A stretch of DNA of 64,000 nucleotides from assembly GCA_041650935.1 (NCBI GenBank), contig JBAZKH010000006.1, positions 29,505 through 93,504 of the forward strand, read 5' to 3'. The position numbers and the translations under genes are program-made. Source of the DNA: Candidatus Omnitrophota bacterium (GTDB taxonomy: Bacteria > Omnitrophota > Gorgyraeia > 2-01-FULL-45-10). Positions 8,624 through 18,633 of this stretch are shown piece by piece; the first letter of the stretch is position 1, and each line of letters begins with the position of its first letter. Below the pieces are notes generated by a model, which was not told the origin of the DNA, did not search any database, and saw only the letters and a list, made by a program, of their open reading frames with translations.

Positions 8624-9916
8624 GTGGCTAAGGTTAAGATAAATCATGAAATCAGGGACATTTTACTTAAAGACTTGTCCCCGGCACCATATAATCCGCG
8701 CGATATCTCTAACGAGGCCTTGTCGGGCCTGCGGCACAGTCTCGAGAAGTTCGGTTACCTGGACCTTCTCGTAGTAAACAAGCGAACGATGCATATTGTC
8801 TCGGGCCACCAACGCTACAAGATTCTTAAAGACGAAGGCGTGGAGTCGGTGCCCGTGCTTCTTGTGGACGTTGATGAGCTCTTAGAGCAGGCGATGAACG
8901 TTACTCTGAACAATCAGGAGATATCGGGTATCTGGACGAGCATGCTCTTTCCGATACTGGAGCGCCTGAGGCGGGAAATGCCGGAGGACTACAGCAGTTT
9001 AAGGCTTAGGAACCTGCGGGACTCGGTATCCAAGCTCGAACCCGAGAACTTAGGCACAGGCAAGACGCTTCCCGATGATATCCCCGAACCGCCCGAACCT
9101 ATTACTAAGCTAGGCGACCTGTGGATACTCGGAGAACACCGCCTTTTGTGCGGGGATTCGACAAAAGAGGAAGATGTCGCTCGTCTTATGAACGGCGAGA
9201 AGGCGGCTTTGTTCGCTACCGACCCTCCATATTGCGTGGACTACACAGGCGACAACCGCCCCGGCGCCGGCAAGGATTGGTCAAGCGTATATCACGAGAT
9301 CGACATTCCCGATGCAAAGGTGTTTTTGAAGAGTTTTTTGCAGATAGGCCTGAAATTCATAAAAGAGCATACGGCTATCTACGTCTGGCATGCCTCTAAG
9401 CGAAAGAGCTTAATCGAGACTATCTGCGATGAGCTCGGCATCCTCATTCATCAGGAGATCATCTGGGTTAAGCCCTGCACGATCCTTACCTATTCGTTTT
9501 ATTCTTGGAGGCACGAGCCGTGTTTACTCATGTGGGTTCGGGGCTTCAAACCGCCTTATAAGCCCGAAGACAAATCAATCGGCACCGTTTGGAGGATCGA
9601 TCTTTTAAGAAGAGGCGATCCGACAACTCCCGACTACTACACCGATGTGTGGGAAGTCGACTGGGAAGGTAAGAAGCGCAACACCGGCCTTAAGCACCCC
9701 ACCGTAAAACCGACCGAGGTATTCGCGATCCCCATGCGAGTTCATACCTCGGTTGGTGATATCTGCTATGAGCCGTTCTCGGGCTCGGGCAGTCAGATTA
9801 TAGCGGGCGAGCGCGTTAACAGGCGCGTCTATGCAATGGAGATAGAGCCGGTGTTCTGCGACGTGGCGGTGAAACGTTGGGAAGACTTTACTGGAAGAAA
9901 GGCGGTCAAGACTTAG
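8624..9916 (+). CDS. ParB-like nuclease domain fused to beta-class DNA methyltransferase (N6-adenine or N4-cytosine)
   Basis: N-terminal ParB/Srx motif: PYNPRDIS...HIVSGHQRYKILKDEGVESVPVLLVD. DPPY motif in ALFATDPPYCVDY. Motif I FxGxG in EPFSGSGSQ at the C-terminus. The order IV then I marks a beta-class MTase. Confidence 0.8.
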   Translation: MAKVKINHEIRDILLKDLSPAPYNPRDISNEALSGLRHSLEKFGYLDLLVVNKRTMHIVSGHQRYKILKDEGVESVPVLLVDVDELLEQAMNVTLNNQEISGIWTSMLFPILERLRREMPEDYSSLRLRNLRDSVSKLEPENLGTGKTLPDDIPEPPEPITKLGDLWILGEHRLLCGDSTKEEDVARLMNGEKAALFATDPPYCVDYTGDNRPGAGKDWSSVYHEIDIPDAKVFLKSFLQIGLKFIKEHTAIYVWHASKRKSLIETICDELGILIHQEIIWVKPCTILTYSFYSWRHEPCLLMWVRGFKPPYKPEDKSIGTVWRIDLLRRGDPTTPDYYTDVWEVDWEGKKRNTGLKHPTVKPTEVFAIPMRVHTSVGDICYEPFSGSGSQIIAGERVNRRVYAMEIEPVFCDVAVKRWEDFTGRKAVKT

Positions 9917-10543
9917 GTGGCGGAAGAAAGCAGCAATCTAATAAAGTTAGCCAGGAAGAAGCGGCATATTCATCTTGTCGAGAAACTCGGCAAAGGATCG
10001 CTCAGTCAAAAGGAAATGGACGAGCTCGCCGGTTACGAGAAAGAGGTCGAAGGGCAGGTGCCGGTCCTCGCTGACGGAACTGTGGATCTTGAGACGATCG
10101 CCATCTATCTTGAGAAGTCGGTTAAAAGCATCAGGCGTTATGTAGATGCAGGGATGCCTGCCGTAAAGAGCCCGGCAGGCGAGATATTGAGATTCAAGGT
10201 TTCGGATGCGTTCAAATGGTTTTATTCGCGCGAGGGCTATGACGACGGGTCAAGAACCAAGTGGGATATCGAGTACCGCAAGAATAAGGCCAAGCTCTCC
10301 GAGATCGAACTCAAAGAAAAAGAGCGTGAGCTCATTCCGTACGAAGAACACGTTACTATCTTAAAAAATCAGATTCGGGGCATAAAGGCGGGCTTCTTAA
10401 GGTTACCGAAATATATCGCGCCGAGGCTTTATCAGCAGGAGCCTAAGGTCATCTGCGAAATGCTCGATAATGAGCTTCGTTATGTAATAGGACAGTTTTC
10501 GGGGAGTTATCATGCCGCTCAAAGTAAGCAAAAAAATTCTTAA
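9917..10543 (+). CDS. Putative terminase small subunit
   Basis: Sits directly upstream of and overlaps the large terminase gene. Small, basic and HTH-like. No strong motif. Confidence 0.4.
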   Translation: MAEESSNLIKLARKKRHIHLVEKLGKGSLSQKEMDELAGYEKEVEGQVPVLADGTVDLETIAIYLEKSVKSIRRYVDAGMPAVKSPAGEILRFKVSDAFKWFYSREGYDDGSRTKWDIEYRKNKAKLSEIELKEKERELIPYEEHVTILKNQIRGIKAGFLRLPKYIAPRLYQQEPKVICEMLDNELRYVIGQFSGSYHAAQSKQKNS

Positions 10544-12350
10544 AACGGTAAAGCCGTATATCCGGGACGAATGGTCTTTGCCCGACAAAATATCGGTATC
10601 CGACTGGGCGGACCTGAACAGGAGATTAGACGTGAAGACTTCGGCCGAGCCGGGCCAGTGGAATACATCCAGGACGCCTTACTTAAAGGGCATCATGGAT
10701 GCGTTCTCGGATCCTTTCGTGGAAGAGATAACCGTCATGTCGGCATCGCAGGTCGGTAAGACCGAAGCGATGTATAACATGCTCGGCTTCTTGATCGATC
10801 AGGACCCCGGGCCTACGCTCATGGTTCTTCCGAGGATAGACGACGCAAGGAGTATTTCGACGAACAGGGTTTTGCCGATGATACAATCAAGCCCTTGCCT
10901 TATGCGTTATATCCCGCAAAATTCGGACGAAATCACAAAGCTCGAGTATCATTTCGATCGCATGATCCTTTATTTCGCAGGATCCAACTCGCCGTCTGAT
11001 CTCGCTTCACGGCCTATAAGATATTTGTTTTTAGATGAAGTCGACAAATATCCGAAATTCTCGGGCCGTGAAGCAGATCCGATAAAACTGGCATCCGAGA
11101 GGCAGAAGACCTTCTGGAATAAGAAGACCGTCAAAGTCTCGACTCCTACGACAAGAGACGGTTATATTTACCGTGAATACGAAAAATCGGACATGTCAAG
11201 ATTTCACGTTCCTTGTCCTCATTGCGGTAAGCTACAGACCCTCGCATTTGGCCAGATTAAGTGGCCCAAGGAGGAGTCGGGCCCCGAGACCATAAAAAAC
11301 GACAAGCTCGCATGGTACGAGTGTATCGAATGTAAGGGCAGGATCGATGATAATCAAAAATCGAGAATGATGCTTCAAGGCAAATGGATCCCCGAAGTTA
11401 AAACCCGCACCAAGCACAAGGGCTTTTGGATTAATTCGCTATATTCGCCGTGGCTTACTTGGAGCGATATAGCGGCCGAATTCTTAAGATCTAAGGATTA
11501 CATAGAACTGCTCATGAACTTCGTCAACTCATGGCTTGCCGAGGTATGGGAAGAAAAGATCGAAGAGACGACAATCGATAAACTGCGCACCCTGGCGCGC
11601 GACTACGAGGAAGGATCGGTGCCGGATGATTGCCTGGTTCTTACGGCCGGGGTCGACGTTCAGAAGGATCACTTCTATTACGCCATAAGAGGGTGGGGTT
11701 ATTATGAGGAGTCGTGGCTTGTCCGGGCCGGCCGGTGCGAATACTGGGACGATATAGTCGACATCATCTTTAAGACCGAATATAAGAGGTCGTCCTCGGA
11801 AGAAGCATTATCGGTCTATATGTCCTGTGTCGATTCGGGGTTTAAGACCGACGAAGTGTACAGATTCTGCCGTCATTGGGCCGACAAGACCAAGGCCGTG
11901 AAGGGGCAGGAGGAGATATCGGGCGGAAGGTTCTACCGCGCCACGAAGATTGATATAAACTCGCGAACCGGCTCCGTGATCCCCGGAGGCCTCGTTCTCT
12001 GGAATATCAACACCAACCAATATAAGGACAAGCTGAATCGTCTTATTACCTCAAAGGACCCTGTTAAGTGGCATATCTTCCGAAATCCAACGGACGAATA
12101 TCTCAATCAAATGTCATCGGAGCATAAGATCCTGATTCGCAATAAGACTACGGGCAGGGCAAGAGAACTTTGGCAGAAAAAGAAAGAAGCGATCGCAAAT
12201 CACTTTCTTGATGCGGAGGTTTACGCACTTGCCGCGGCCGATATCATAAGGGCCTTAAATATAAGAAAAGACGACTCTAAGAGAGTTTACAAAAAAGAAG
12301 CGGCGAATAAAGAATCATGGATCAGGCGAAGAGAAGGAACATGGTTATAG
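10512..12350 (+). CDS. Terminase large subunit, lambda gpA family
   Basis: N-terminal ATPase with SASQVGKTE Walker-A-like motif. Central Cys4 zinc finger CPHCGK...CIECKG, typical of gpA-type terminases. 612 aa. Confidence 0.85.
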   Translation: MPLKVSKKILKTVKPYIRDEWSLPDKISVSDWADLNRRLDVKTSAEPGQWNTSRTPYLKGIMDAFSDPFVEEITVMSASQVGKTEAMYNMLGFLIDQDPGPTLMVLPRIDDARSISTNRVLPMIQSSPCLMRYIPQNSDEITKLEYHFDRMILYFAGSNSPSDLASRPIRYLFLDEVDKYPKFSGREADPIKLASERQKTFWNKKTVKVSTPTTRDGYIYREYEKSDMSRFHVPCPHCGKLQTLAFGQIKWPKEESGPETIKNDKLAWYECIECKGRIDDNQKSRMMLQGKWIPEVKTRTKHKGFWINSLYSPWLTWSDIAAEFLRSKDYIELLMNFVNSWLAEVWEEKIEETTIDKLRTLARDYEEGSVPDDCLVLTAGVDVQKDHFYYAIRGWGYYEESWLVRAGRCEYWDDIVDIIFKTEYKRSSSEEALSVYMSCVDSGFKTDEVYRFCRHWADKTKAVKGQEEISGGRFYRATKIDINSRTGSVIPGGLVLWNINTNQYKDKLNRLITSKDPVKWHIFRNPTDEYLNQMSSEHKILIRNKTTGRARELWQKKKEAIANHFLDAEVYALAAADIIRALNIRKDDSKRVYKKEAANKESWIRRREGTWL

Positions 12351-12351
12351 A

Positions 12352-12582
12352 ATGGCTCGGTGGCTTGAGAGGCGAGAGGGATGGCTTAAAAATGTATCGC
12401 ATGGCGATCGCCCCTCTAATAACGAAATCAAGAAGAGCGAAGACTACGGCGTTAAATATGTCCCTCTTAAGTGCCCTAAGTGCGGATCGAAAAAAGTCAG
12501 GTGTTACGCGACGTATCTTCCGACGAGATATCATACTTGTAAGAGTTGCGGGCATAAATTTAAGTCAATAGAAGAGGATTAA
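12352..12582 (+). CDS. Small zinc-ribbon protein
   Basis: CPKCGSKK...CKSCGH Cys4 motif. Confidence 0.35.
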   Translation: MARWLERREGWLKNVSHGDRPSNNEIKKSEDYGVKYVPLKCPKCGSKKVRCYATYLPTRYHTCKSCGHKFKSIEED

Positions 12583-12639
12583 GTGAAAAATACCGATTTT
12601 TGTTTTGTAGTAACGACCTACTTGTTAATTTCAGGATTT

Positions 12640-12666
12640 ATACTATTCTTAAGTTAAGAATAGTAT
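12640..12666. repeat. Perfect 13/1/13 palindrome ATACTATTCTTAA-G-TTAAGAATAGTAT
   Basis: Seen directly in the sequence, in the intergenic region between the terminase module and the head genes. A possible operator or cos-associated site. Confidence 0.5.
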
Positions 12667-12710
12667 AGAAACCGAGGGGGCGGCCACCTCTTCGGCATTA
12701 TCCAGTAAAA

Positions 12711-12746
12711 ACCCGATTCCTTAGCTAAGGGGGAATCGGGTTTTTT
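12711..12746 (+). terminator. Rho-independent terminator
   Basis: Stem CCCGATTCC (12712-12720) pairs with GGAATCGGG (12732-12740) around an 11-nt loop, followed by TTTTTT. Confidence 0.6.
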
Positions 12747-12747
12747 A

Positions 12748-12984
12748 TTGGACAGGAGAAATCAGATGCCGGCACCGACAAAACAGGAAATGCTGGACGC
12801 AGTTGAAAACGCCATACACGCAAAGATGACGGGAGGCGCGGTTCAGTCTTACTCGATCTCCGGCCGCAACATCCAGTATTACAGTCTGGACGAGTTAAGG
12901 CGCCTGCGTGATCAGTTACGTCAGGAGATCGCGGCCGGTAAATCCGGCGGCACCACATACGCGAGGTTCGATAATCCGCAATGA
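12748..12984 (+). CDS. Head-to-tail joining protein gpW-like
   Basis: AIHAKMTGGAVQSYSISGRNIQYYSLDELRRLRDQLRQEIA parallels lambda W (LHDLMTGKRVATV...GRRVEF...L.KYI.EL). Lies between terminase and portal as in lambda. Confidence 0.55.
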   Translation: MDRRNQMPAPTKQEMLDAVENAIHAKMTGGAVQSYSISGRNIQYYSLDELRRLRDQLRQEIAAGKSGGTTYARFDNPQ

Positions 12985-14570
12985 CCAAAGAAAAGACTTT
13001 TATAGAAAAGTTATCGGGCGCATTCGACAAGGCGATATCGGTCTTTTCGCCGAAGGCGGGATTCAGGCGAAGGATGTATCGCGAGGCGATTAAGCTCTCC
13101 GAATCATTCACCGCTTATAAGGGCGCTTCGAGGTCACGCTTAAGGTCGAACTGGCTTCCGGGTCACGGATCCGCGGACGAGGACCTCTTGCCCGAGTTGT
13201 CGGACATAAGAGAGCGATCACGCGATCTAAACCGTAACGACGCCCATGCTTCAGGGATAACCGGCACTATGACTGTCAATGTCGTGGGGTCGGGGATCCG
13301 GCCTCAGTCAAGGATCGATAAGGAAGCTATCGGAATTGAGGAGCCTGTTCAAAGTGCGTTTCAAAAGCAGGCCGAGAAATGTTTTAAGAGATGGATTCCT
13401 TTCGCGGACGCGGGCGAGCGCATGGACTTCTACGAGATGCAGAATCTTATAGACAGGCAGATCCTTGAAAACGGCGAAGCGATCATTATGCCGCTTATGC
13501 TGCCTGACAAAGACAGGCCTTATGCGCTTGCGCTCCAGGCGGTCGAATCAGACCGGCTTGATACGCCCCCGGAGCTAAGAGGCGATAAGTCGGTAAGGTC
13601 AGGCGTAAGGGTAGGAGAAAGAGGCGAGCCGCTATCGTATTTCATAAGGAAGTCTCACCCCGGCGATTACAGATTCACGAAAGGCGAAGACAGGACTTTT
13701 ATCGAATACCCGGCCAAGAACGAATACGGCCGTAAGAATATCTTTCATCTCTATTACGTTCAGCGCTCGGGTCAAACAAGAGGGGTGCCGTTCTTCGCGC
13801 CCGTTCTCACGTATTTTAAGGACCTGTCGGAATACGCGGAAGCCGAGCTCGTGGCAGCCAGGATCGCAGCGTGTTTTTCGTTATTTATAACGAGTGAAGG
13901 ATCAAGTGATATCAGTCTTAATTCAGGACTTGATCGAAACTCCGCGGGCCAACTGATAGAAGGCTTAGAACCGGGCATGATTAAGCACCTGCTCCCCGGC
14001 GAAGATATAACGAGCTTTAACCCGCAGCGCCCGGGGGCCACGTTCGAGCCGTTTGTGGAGCGTATCTTAAAAGCTATATCGGCGGCTTTAGGACTTCCGT
14101 ACGAGCTCGTGGCCAAAGACTTCTCGAAGACGAACTACTCGAGCGCGCGGGCAGCGTTACTCGAGGCAAGACGCTATTTCAAGATGAGGCAGGAGTGGCT
14201 TGCCCGAAAACTCTGTCAGCCGGTCTGGGGAATGCTCTTGGAAGAGGCGTATCTAAAGGGCGAGCTTAAAGCGGATACCTTCTATGAGAAGAAAGAATAC
14301 TGGACGGGCGCATCATGGATCGCTCCCGGGTGGGAGTGGGTGGATCCTTTGAAAGAAGCGCAGGCAGCGGAAGTCGGCTTAAAGAACGGCATTATCACTT
14401 ATTCGGACCTTTACGCATCCGAGGGCAAGGACTGGGAAGAAAGTCTAGAGCAGAGAAAGCGCGAACAAGACAAAATCAAAGAATTAGGGTTGGAGGAGGT
14501 AATAAACAATGACACCAAAGCGAAAAACCAAACGGCGGGAGAAGTTCCGCAGGACACTCAGAATAACTAG
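12981..14570 (+). CDS. Portal protein, lambda (gpB) family
   Basis: 529 aa, directly after the W-like gene and before the protease, matching lambda A-W-B-C order. Confidence 0.75.
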   Translation: MTKEKTFIEKLSGAFDKAISVFSPKAGFRRRMYREAIKLSESFTAYKGASRSRLRSNWLPGHGSADEDLLPELSDIRERSRDLNRNDAHASGITGTMTVNVVGSGIRPQSRIDKEAIGIEEPVQSAFQKQAEKCFKRWIPFADAGERMDFYEMQNLIDRQILENGEAIIMPLMLPDKDRPYALALQAVESDRLDTPPELRGDKSVRSGVRVGERGEPLSYFIRKSHPGDYRFTKGEDRTFIEYPAKNEYGRKNIFHLYYVQRSGQTRGVPFFAPVLTYFKDLSEYAEAELVAARIAACFSLFITSEGSSDISLNSGLDRNSAGQLIEGLEPGMIKHLLPGEDITSFNPQRPGATFEPFVERILKAISAALGLPYELVAKDFSKTNYSSARAALLEARRYFKMRQEWLARKLCQPVWGMLLEEAYLKGELKADTFYEKKEYWTGASWIAPGWEWVDPLKEAQAAEVGLKNGIITYSDLYASEGKDWEESLEQRKREQDKIKELGLEEVINNDTKAKNQTAGEVPQDTQNN

Positions 14571-14626
14571 CGGTACCGAGATGGCCATGCCGAAGGAAGT
14601 TGATGTTGAGATAGAAGAGCGAAAGG

Positions 14627-15760
14627 ATGTCGAAAATGGCAAGTAAGGATATTTTGTTCAGGACTGATATCGCAAGGGGCGGTGCAAGGGTTGACCGTAA
14701 GACGGAAGTTATATCGGGTTTCGCGGTCGTAACGAAAGGCGTTACCAAAGACGAAAGGGGGGAGTTTGACGATGATGCATTAGACAAAGTGATTGAGCTC
14801 GGGAAAAAGTCGAAGATGGGAGTCAAATCGAGATTCGGGCATCCGAACATGTCGAATACGGCGCTCGGGACATTTTTGGGAAGGGTGAATAACTTTAAGA
14901 AAGACGGCGATATCGTTCGGGCCGATCTTCACATCGATCCTACGGCTCACAAGACGCCTGACGGTGACTTGGCCGATTATGTTATGAGCCTTGCCGAATC
15001 AGACCCGGAGGCATTCGGCTCGTCCATGGTCATTCACTGGGATGAAGAGTATCGCAGGGAAAAAGACGGGACGCTTTCAAAGGATAAAAACGGCAAGGAC
15101 CTGCCGCCCCTTATCAGGGTCAAGAAGCTCAATTCCGTAGATATCGTGGACGATCCCGCGGCCAATGACGGGCTATTCGGTGTGCCGTTCTTCTCGGGCA
15201 CAGTCAAGCCGTCGGCCGAGATGTCGGCTTTTCTGGACAGGTTCCTGGAAGAGCCTCTTGCGGTCGAGAAGATGATCTCGTTTTTGGAGAAGTACAGGGT
15301 TAACCGTGAATATAGAGAAAAAGCAGCACTAAAAGAAGGAGGAGGACAAATGTTGGAAGAATTGACAGTAGAGCAGTTGAAGAAAGAGAAACCCGATGTG
15401 TACAACTCAGTATTCGCGCTCGGGTCTGAGGAAGGCACGAAGAAGGGTTTTGAGGACGGAAAGACGAAGGAGCGCGAAAGGGCCGCATCTATTCTTAAGA
15501 AGTCGAAGGGCTTCAAGGATATGACGGACCTTGCGATCGATGCGGTCGAAAAGGGCCAGACCCTTGATCAGGCGACGATCGTTTTTCAGGACAAGCAACT
15601 GGAGGGCTTAAAGAAGGCCACGCCGGCAAGCCCCGGTCCTGACACGGAAGAGGGCAAGGATAAGGGGAAGACCCACCTTGAAAGGGCGCGGGCCTATAAG
15701 GCAGAGAACAAGTGCTCGATGACGGCGGCTTTGAAGGCCACCGCGGAGAAGAGGAAGTAG
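14627..15760 (+). CDS. Prohead protease (HK97/U35-like) fused to scaffold-like C-terminal region
   Basis: ISGFAVVTKGVTKDERGEFDDDAL and SRFGHPNMSNTALGTFLGRV resemble HK97-family protease motifs. The C-terminal half is charged and coiled-coil-like (EELTVEQLKKEKPD...KERERAASILKK). Confidence 0.5.
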   Translation: MSKMASKDILFRTDIARGGARVDRKTEVISGFAVVTKGVTKDERGEFDDDALDKVIELGKKSKMGVKSRFGHPNMSNTALGTFLGRVNNFKKDGDIVRADLHIDPTAHKTPDGDLADYVMSLAESDPEAFGSSMVIHWDEEYRREKDGTLSKDKNGKDLPPLIRVKKLNSVDIVDDPAANDGLFGVPFFSGTVKPSAEMSAFLDRFLEEPLAVEKMISFLEKYRVNREYREKAALKEGGGQMLEELTVEQLKKEKPDVYNSVFALGSEEGTKKGFEDGKTKERERAASILKKSKGFKDMTDLAIDAVEKGQTLDQATIVFQDKQLEGLKKATPASPGPDTEEGKDKGKTHLERARAYKAENKCSMTAALKATAEKRK

Positions 15761-15788
15761 TTCAATCTTAAGAGAAGGGGGATAAGAG

Positions 15789-16142
15789 ATGTCTCAGTTT
15801 AATATCGGATCAAAAGCTTTTACGGCGGGAGTGGTGCTCGAGCCTTACCGCAGGGTTAAGTTATCGACCGGGAGCGGATCTCAGGTCGAATACGCGGGCG
15901 CGGGCGAGGATTTTATCGGCTTTACCGCGGCCAAGGCGGATCAGGGTGCGTCCGTCTCGGTGGATTTGAGGACGAGCGGCAGGACCTTTAAGATGACGGC
16001 GGCCGGCATTATCGCGGCCGGAGGAGTTTTCTACGGGGCAGCTGACGGCAAGATCTCGGCCACCGTGTCGGGCTCTATACAGGGCAAGGTCCTCGAGGGC
16101 TCAGGCGCGGACGGGGAGATAGTCGAAGGGTTAACGGTCTAA
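15789..16142 (+). CDS. Putative head decoration protein (gpD-like position)
   Basis: 117 aa, Gly/Ala-rich, located between protease/scaffold and major capsid as in lambda. Confidence 0.35.
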   Translation: MSQFNIGSKAFTAGVVLEPYRRVKLSTGSGSQVEYAGAGEDFIGFTAAKADQGASVSVDLRTSGRTFKMTAAGIIAAGGVFYGAADGKISATVSGSIQGKVLEGSGADGEIVEGLTV

Positions 16143-16176
16143 TAAAACGCAACGCATAAGAAAGGGAGGATAAGAG

Positions 16177-17136
16177 ATGGGAGTTGATTATCAGGGTTCC
16201 AGAGCGGTACCGAGGTTAGAGCTCGGAGAAGCATCGCTGGAATACATCGAGCAACAGGACGAATTCATCGGGACGAGGGTTCTCCCGATATTCGAGACGA
16301 AGAAGAAGGCGAGTATATTCCCCGCCATCACTAGGGAAGTAATAACCCGGGAAGCTGACACGAGACGCGCCCCGCGCGGTAACTACAACCGTGACGGCAT
16401 CCAGGCCAAGGACAGGCAGTACGCCTGCGAAGAGTTCGGCCTTGAAGGGCCGCTCGACGACTCGGAGCGATCGCTCTATGCGACCGATTTCGATGCGGAG
16501 CTTACCACCGTGCAGATCGTGACCCGCAGGGTCCTGCAGGGTCAAGAGAGGAGGATCGCGGCCAAGATCTTCAACACGACCACCTTTACAGGAAGCGCCC
16601 TGTACACGGATTATTCGGCGGCTCCGTGGGATAACATATCCTCGAAGGTCATAGGCCAGGTGAGAGCGGCCAGGGAAAAGGTGAGGCAGAATACGGGTAT
16701 CGATCCGCAGGCCCTTATCTGCTCCAAGGCCAATATCGACAGGCTCCTAGACAATACGGACATCAAGGACGCGATTAAGTATGTAGCCCGGCTTACCGAA
16801 GCCGAGATACTTAACGCATTGGCCGATATCCTCGGGATAAAGCAGATACTGGTCGGTAAAGGTATCTATAACTCGGCCAAGGAAGGCAAGGTCTTCGCAT
16901 CGGCCGACATCTGGAACGACGATTACGCGATGCTCGCCGTGATCGACGCAAGCCAGAGACTGTCGAGCCCGTCCTTGGGAAGGACCTTCCTCTGGACGTT
17001 AGACTCGCCGGATAACGCGACCGTCGAGCAGTACCGGGACGACGCGGCAAGGAGCGATATATTCAGGGTTCGTCAGCACGTTGACGAGCACATAATCGAT
17101 CCTTATTTCGCGCATCTTCTGAAAGTAGACGCTTAA
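16177..17136 (+). CDS. Major capsid protein (lambda gpE-like)
   Basis: 319 aa, in the position of E. Followed by a stable hairpin. Confidence 0.55.
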   Translation: MGVDYQGSRAVPRLELGEASLEYIEQQDEFIGTRVLPIFETKKKASIFPAITREVITREADTRRAPRGNYNRDGIQAKDRQYACEEFGLEGPLDDSERSLYATDFDAELTTVQIVTRRVLQGQERRIAAKIFNTTTFTGSALYTDYSAAPWDNISSKVIGQVRAAREKVRQNTGIDPQALICSKANIDRLLDNTDIKDAIKYVARLTEAEILNALADILGIKQILVGKGIYNSAKEGKVFASADIWNDDYAMLAVIDASQRLSSPSLGRTFLWTLDSPDNATVEQYRDDAARSDIFRVRQHVDEHIIDPYFAHLLKVDA

Positions 17137-17202
17137 AAGGGGAGCGTAACGGATGCCGGGGGCGGTTTATTTTGACCGCTCCCGGATATCCAAAAGGCAA
17201 GT

Positions 17203-17550
17203 ATGTCATTAAAGCAGGGTTTAAGCCAGGACATCATAAATTGTTTCTTAAATACGGACGAGTTCGCCGAAGCGATTATCTATACTCCGAAAGGCGGATC
17301 CGCGAAAGAAATCAAGGCCATCGTAAATCGAAAGAGGATCGAGCCGGCTAACGAGGATTCAAACCGTTCTCTTTATAAAGAAGTCGAGATTATTATCGCA
17401 AATGATCCTACGCACGGGGTATCGTCTATCAACAAAGGTCAGGATGAAGTAAGTCTGCCCGAGGTCATGGGCGGGCCCGCCATATCATGGGTCGTTGTCG
17501 ATATTGTAAATCAGGATGACGGAGCATGGCAGTTGCTCCTGCAGAAATAA
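17203..17550 (+). CDS. Head-tail connector / head completion protein (putative)
   Basis: Position and size only. Confidence 0.3.
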   Translation: MSLKQGLSQDIINCFLNTDEFAEAIIYTPKGGSAKEIKAIVNRKRIEPANEDSNRSLYKEVEIIIANDPTHGVSSINKGQDEVSLPEVMGGPAISWVVVDIVNQDDGAWQLLLQK

Positions 17551-18163
17551 ACGTATGAACGAACTCACAGTCGAGATAAACACAAAGAATTTGGAAGCGG
17601 CGCTCCGGTTGTTTCCGAAAGAGCTTAAGTACGAGATAGCCGATGGCATGGATCATATCTCGAAGAGGTTTCTTGTCCGTTTCAGGCAAACCCGTCTTCA
17701 GGGACCTCCCGGGGTAAAAGGTCGTCCTCACGGAATATTTACATATTTTAAGAGGGTATGTCTTGTCTCGCAGGATATCGAAGGAATGGGCATGGTCATA
17801 TATTCGGAGTCAAAGATTGCGCGCCTGCACGAAGAAGGCGGGGTCGTCACGAATCCGGGAGGAAGAAATCTCGCCGTGCCTCTATCGAGAAGAACCGAGA
17901 TGTTTGTCGGGGGCGAATACCCGGGCAGGTTAAAGGCGCGGTATAAAGAGCCCTCTCTTATAAGAGGTATAAAGCCGATCCTCTTAAACGGAAAATGGTA
18001 TCTCGCGCGGGTCTTGAAGAAATTAAGGACGCCCCTGTTTATATTGAAGAATCAGATCCGCGTTAAGCCGAGGCTCGGCTTTTATGGAACGTGGGACAGC
18101 ATGCAAAACGAGCGCATAGAGATTCTTAATAAGTCGATCGAAAAGGCGTTAAGGACGATATGA
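17516..18163 (+). CDS. Tail completion / head-tail joining protein (putative)
   Basis: Position only. Probable real start near 17555 (MNELTV). Confidence 0.3.
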   Translation: MTEHGSCSCRNKRMNELTVEINTKNLEAALRLFPKELKYEIADGMDHISKRFLVRFRQTRLQGPPGVKGRPHGIFTYFKRVCLVSQDIEGMGMVIYSESKIARLHEEGGVVTNPGGRNLAVPLSRRTEMFVGGEYPGRLKARYKEPSLIRGIKPILLNGKWYLARVLKKLRTPLFILKNQIRVKPRLGFYGTWDSMQNERIEILNKSIEKALRTI

Positions 18164-18618
18164 CAGTTAGAGAAAGCATACTCGAAAACATCAAATCAAC
18201 TCTCGAAACAATCCGAATCGCAAACGGTTACGCAAACGATATCGCGAGCGTCCAGCGGTGGCTTCAAAAAGGCAATGTCTTCAGATCGGTTCCCTGCATA
18301 ATCATTAACGCCGGGCCCGAAGAGATAGAGCAAACCCCGAACCCGCTTGTCACCTGCAGATTCACCGTATATCTCGACGTTTTTATAAGACAGGAAGAGA
18401 CGGACACCGTATCAACCGATGCGTTACTCAATAGTCTTTTAGGCGATATCGAAAAGGCTTTGATGGTCGATTACAAAAGAGGCGGGTTTGCCGAGAATAC
18501 CAATGTCAAAAGCAACATGACGTTCGAGGCTGTCGAGGGCCAGCCGAACGCAGGCATCGTCGTGGAGCTTGAAATTATCTATCAGCACCTTATAACCAAC
18601 CCGGAAGTCGCGGGGTAA
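18160..18618 (+). CDS. Tail terminator-like protein (putative)
   Basis: Position upstream of the major tail gene. 152 aa. Confidence 0.3.
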   Translation: MTVRESILENIKSTLETIRIANGYANDIASVQRWLQKGNVFRSVPCIIINAGPEEIEQTPNPLVTCRFTVYLDVFIRQEETDTVSTDALLNSLLGDIEKALMVDYKRGGFAENTNVKSNMTFEAVEGQPNAGIVVELEIIYQHLITNPEVAG

Positions 18619-18633
18619 AAAGGAGGATTACCG

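Noticed and set aside
9121-10074. Arg-rich alternate-frame ORFs (9121-9399, 9877-10074) within or next to the ParB-MTase and TerS genes
   Set aside because: Low-complexity Arg/Gly-rich translations of the GC-rich alternate frame. They overlap confidently called genes.
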